The notes below the pieces were generated by a model that ran no database searches, was not told the DNA's origin, and saw only the letters and a list, made by a program, of their open reading frames with translations. Below are positions 60,640-64,000 of a stretch of 64,000 bases of DNA, one piece after another (the stretch's first letter is position 1; every line of letters starts with the position of its first letter). Origin of the DNA: an uncultured Phycisphaerales bacterium (lineage in GTDB: Bacteria > Planctomycetota > Phycisphaerae > Sedimentisphaerales > Anaerobacaceae); assembly GCA_963772725.1 (NCBI GenBank), contig CAVYYI010000001.1:224001-288000 (forward strand), read 5' to 3'. Made by a program: the position numbers and the translations under genes.

Positions 60640-63576
60640 ATGTGTAAGTCAATGTGGATAGTAATGGTTGCAGTGGTCTTTTGTGTTTTTGTACCTATAG
60701 TCTGGTCAGCTAATTCAGATTTATCATCTCTTGAATCTGGTTTTGAGCAGCCGCCTCAACCCGCTCATCCTTTAGTGTGGTGGCACTGGATAAACGGCAA
60801 TGTAACAAAACAGGGCATAACAGATGATTTAACCGATATGAAGCGGGTCGGGATAGGCGGTGTTCAGATGCTCGATGTGAGCATCTATCTTCCGAAAGGG
60901 CCGGTACGTTATGGAACGGATAACTGGTACGAGCATGTTCTGCATGCGATACAGACCTGTGACAAGCTGGGTCTGGAATTTTATATGATGAATTGCCCGG
61001 GCTGGTCGGCAAGCGGCGGACCATGGGTAACGCCCGAGATGTCGATGAAAAAAATAGTCTGGAGTGAAACGGACGTTAATGGTCCTGCTGATTTTAAGGG
61101 TCTTCTGAAACAGCCCGAGGCAAAACTTGACTTCTACAAAGATATAGCTGTTTTGGCAGTTCCAGCCAGTCAATACCGCTTGGAAAATTGGGAATCAAAA
61201 ATAAATATGTCCGGGCCTCCTTTGAGCCGACAGGTTTATCCTGATGCGCCTGATAAAAACGCGATACCAAAAGACAAGGTTCTCAATTTAACGCAGTTTA
61301 TGGATTCAAAAGGTGAACTTACCTGTAAGATACCGCAAGGGAACTGGACTATCATCCGGTTCGGTTATACTACAACGGGCTCTACCAATCATCCTGCCGT
61401 TCCGGAAGGGCATGGCCTGGAAATTGACAAGTTAGACCCCGATGCTGTGTCTTTTCAGTTCGACAAAGCCCTGGGCAGAATTATCCGGGAAGCCAAACCT
61501 TATCTCGGAAAAAGCTTTAAGGGTATTCTTTTCGATAGTTTTGAAGGGGGGTATCAAAACTGGACGGAAAAATTTCCGGCGATATTTAAGCAGTTTAACG
61601 ACTACGATATAATACCGTACCTGCCTGTTCTGACAGGTCGGGTTATAGAGTCACAGGCTATATCTGAATGCGTTCTTTGTGATTTTCGTCATACACTGAA
61701 TGAAGTACTTGCGAAGAATTATTTTGGAACGATGCAGAAACTGGCTCATCAGAACAATTTGCTTGTTTATGCAGAAGCGGAGGGCGGCCCCTTGCATACC
61801 CTATTCTGCAATGAATACACAGATGTACCGATGAACGAATTCTGGATTCATGCCACCATACAAAGAAAACCCGGAATTAAACAGGTTGTTTCCACTGCGG
61901 ATATGCTCGGCAAAAAAATCGTAGCGGCAGAATCTTTCACGGCAAAACCTGAGGACGGCAAATGGCAGAACACTCCCTATAGTCTGAAAAAGTTAGGTGA
62001 CGCCGCGTTCACGTTGGGAATCAATAGATTTGTTTTCCATACTTATGTTCACCAGCCATTCTCATATCCGCCCGGTTTTACACTCGGAAGATACGGCACA
62101 CACTTTGGCCGATTAAATACGTGGTGGAAATATGCGCCGGAATGGATAAGTTATTTATCCCGCAGTCAATATCTCCTGCAGCAGGGCAGATTGGTTACCG
62201 ATATATGTTTTCTTTTCCACGATGATATTTGCTATTCTTTTCCTGCGAAGATGATTGAAGTACCGGACGGATATGACCTTGATATATGCTATCCTAAATA
62301 TTTGGCTAAAATGGAATGCAAAGATGGCGTTCTTGTAAATCAATACGGCCAGCAATATCGCCTGCTGGTATTGCCGGATTATCCTTTTATGACCCTGCCG
62401 ACGCTTAAAAAAGTATATGAGCTCGCAAAATCAGGTATTGTTATTTCCGGGAAGCCGCCAGAGAGTATGCCAGGCTTAAAAGAGTATCAGGAATCCCAAA
62501 AGGAATTTAAGCAGTTGGTCTCAGAACTTTGGGATGGTCTGGACGGAAAAACAAAAACTTCTAAATCGTTCGGCAAAGGAAAGGTATATTGGGGGAAACC
62601 GCTGGTAGAGATTTTAAGGGAAAACGATGTTCAGCCGGACATTCAGTTCGCTCCAGCTGGGCGGCCCAATGATTTACTTTATATACATCGAAGAACCGGC
62701 AATGAAGATATTTATTTTATTTCAAATCAGAAAGACCAGGATGTTTCGACAGTTGCGCAATTTCGTATAAACAAGAAAGTTCCCGAATTCTGGGATTCTG
62801 CAACAGGTAAAATCCGGGAAGCGAAAGTATTTAATGCCGCAAACAACAGCATATCAGTCCCGTTGAAGTTAGACCCTTACGGTTCCATGTTTGTGGTATT
62901 CAGTAAACCGCTGCCCAAACAGTGGGTTGCGTCAACTGAAGCGATAAAGCCTATTGTTCAGGCACAACCTTTGACCTCAAAGGAAATAGAAGGGCCATGG
63001 AAGGTTAAATTTTTAGACGGCAGGGGCGCTCCTGCAGAAATAACTATGGATAAACTTATTTCGTGGCCGGAACATCCTGACGCCGGCGTGCGATATTATT
63101 CAGGCACTGCTGAATACGAAAAGACAATTTCATTGCCGGATAATTTTGTTAAGAATGACCAAGTATGCCTTTTAGACCTCGGAACAATTTATGATATTGC
63201 TGAGGTTGCGGTAAATGGTCAACAGGCGGAGATTTTGTGGAAAAAACCTTACAAGGCAGATATTACCAGATTTTTGAAGTCGGGAGATAATACAATATCG
63301 ATAAAAATTACCAACCGATGGATAAATCGTCTTATAGGTGACGAACAGATACCTGTTGATTATACATATCTCGGTGCTTCCGGCGGTAAATTTACTGCTG
63401 GCGCGTTAGAATCCTTGCCTGACTGGCTATATGACCCTTCAAAGGCCAAGAATCGTAAACGCTGCACGTTTACTACATGGAGGCACTATTCGGCCGATTC
63501 ACCTTTAGTTAAATCGGGATTAATCGGCCCGGTAAAATTATCTATATTCAACAAGGCAGAGTTATTTGCGAATTAG
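60640..63576 (+). CDS. GH106 alpha-L-rhamnosidase, copy 2
   Basis: WWHWINGNVT, GWSASGGPWV, LFDSFEG, AAESFT, GINRFVFH.YVHQP, NRLIGD, SGLIGPV. Confidence 0.9.
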   Translation: MCKSMWIVMVAVVFCVFVPIVWSANSDLSSLESGFEQPPQPAHPLVWWHWINGNVTKQGITDDLTDMKRVGIGGVQMLDVSIYLPKGPVRYGTDNWYEHVLHAIQTCDKLGLEFYMMNCPGWSASGGPWVTPEMSMKKIVWSETDVNGPADFKGLLKQPEAKLDFYKDIAVLAVPASQYRLENWESKINMSGPPLSRQVYPDAPDKNAIPKDKVLNLTQFMDSKGELTCKIPQGNWTIIRFGYTTTGSTNHPAVPEGHGLEIDKLDPDAVSFQFDKALGRIIREAKPYLGKSFKGILFDSFEGGYQNWTEKFPAIFKQFNDYDIIPYLPVLTGRVIESQAISECVLCDFRHTLNEVLAKNYFGTMQKLAHQNNLLVYAEAEGGPLHTLFCNEYTDVPMNEFWIHATIQRKPGIKQVVSTADMLGKKIVAAESFTAKPEDGKWQNTPYSLKKLGDAAFTLGINRFVFHTYVHQPFSYPPGFTLGRYGTHFGRLNTWWKYAPEWISYLSRSQYLLQQGRLVTDICFLFHDDICYSFPAKMIEVPDGYDLDICYPKYLAKMECKDGVLVNQYGQQYRLLVLPDYPFMTLPTLKKVYELAKSGIVISGKPPESMPGLKEYQESQKEFKQLVSELWDGLDGKTKTSKSFGKGKVYWGKPLVEILRENDVQPDIQFAPAGRPNDLLYIHRRTGNEDIYFISNQKDQDVSTVAQFRINKKVPEFWDSATGKIREAKVFNAANNSISVPLKLDPYGSMFVVFSKPLPKQWVASTEAIKPIVQAQPLTSKEIEGPWKVKFLDGRGAPAEITMDKLISWPEHPDAGVRYYSGTAEYEKTISLPDNFVKNDQVCLLDLGTIYDIAEVAVNGQQAEILWKKPYKADITRFLKSGDNTISIKITNRWINRLIGDEQIPVDYTYLGASGGKFTAGALESLPDWLYDPSKAKNRKRCTFTTWRHYSADSPLVKSGLIGPVKLSIFNKAELFAN

Positions 63577-63638
63577 CTCGGAAAAATTATAGAAAAAGAG
63601 TTGCCGCTTAATTATGAGATTATTGCGCTATACGGTAT

Positions 63639-63690
63639 ATCGCAAATCGGTTATAGTTTTGCGCAAAATGATTTATCCTTATGCTATACT
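63639..63690 (+). promoter_or_regulatory. Operator copy 10 with a closer extended -10
   Basis: cgcaaatc 63641, cgcaaaat 63662; no TTGAC at the usual place; TGcTATACT 63682-63690. Confidence 0.7.
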
Positions 63691-63738
63691 TAACATAGAT
63701 AGCAGGAATGAATATGTAAGAGAAAGGATGTAAGTAAC

Positions 63739-64000
63739 ATGAACGCAAAATATGTAAAATTTTTGTCATCTAATACCTGCTTGGTTTTTGGCTTGTTGAT
63801 GCCTGTAATCTGTATAGGACAGGAGCTTAAAAACAATCAATACAGGATAACGCTTAAAGCTGACAATTCCATTGAAGTTAATGTTGAAGGAGTTGAACCA
63901 CAGATTCTCCGGCCTGAATTTACGGTTATGTACAGCTCTAAAGACCCCGGTTACAGTACCAATCATTTGAATTATTTTATTTCACCTCGCGTGGCTATAA
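63739..64000 (+). CDS. N-terminus of a fifth family-X protein (copy E), 3' truncated; absent from the ORF track
   Basis: MNAKYVKF..QELKNNQYRITLKADNSIEV..PEFTVMYSSKDPGY aligns with copy C VLKNQQYELTLLADNSIEV..GKFTVMYSEKDPGF. Confidence 0.8.
   Translation, partial: MNAKYVKFLSSNTCLVFGLLMPVICIGQELKNNQYRITLKADNSIEVNVEGVEPQILRPEFTVMYSSKDPGYSTNHLNYFISPRVAI

Noticed and set aside
1..64000. CRISPR array, rRNA or tRNA genes
   Set aside because: No regularly spaced repeat-spacer array or recognisable structural RNA; the recurring 35-bp motif is dispersed and promoter-linked

Overview
Bacterial accessory region, most likely Planctomycetota (Phycisphaerae/Sedimentisphaerales-like; inferred from prepilin/H-X9-DG proteins and C-terminal dockerin-like DxNxDxxVxFxDFAxxAxxW modules). 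It is a polysaccharide-utilisation island: GH95 fucosidase, two GH106 rhamnosidases, GH2, two SGNH esterases, a beta-propeller hydrolase, an FAD oxidoreductase, several large modular secreted proteins, three tandem pilin-like genes plus a relic of a fourth, an XylR-type (LacI+AraC) regulator and one IS982 element. Main findings: (1) ten copies of a 21-bp-period direct-repeat operator (consensus GYCGCAAAATGGTTATAGATTGACGCAAAATGGYG), nine abutting the -35 box at a fixed position, defining an island-wide regulon; (2) five paralogues of an unassigned ~900-aa secreted domain with shuffled accessory modules, a candidate new CAZyme family; (3) no SusC/SusD or ABC transporter, but co-regulated pilin-like genes with variable central regions; (4) apparently inactivated GH16-like and lysozyme-like domains. 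Eleven single-base frameshifts are most likely sequencing errors. All family assignments are by motif recognition, not database search.
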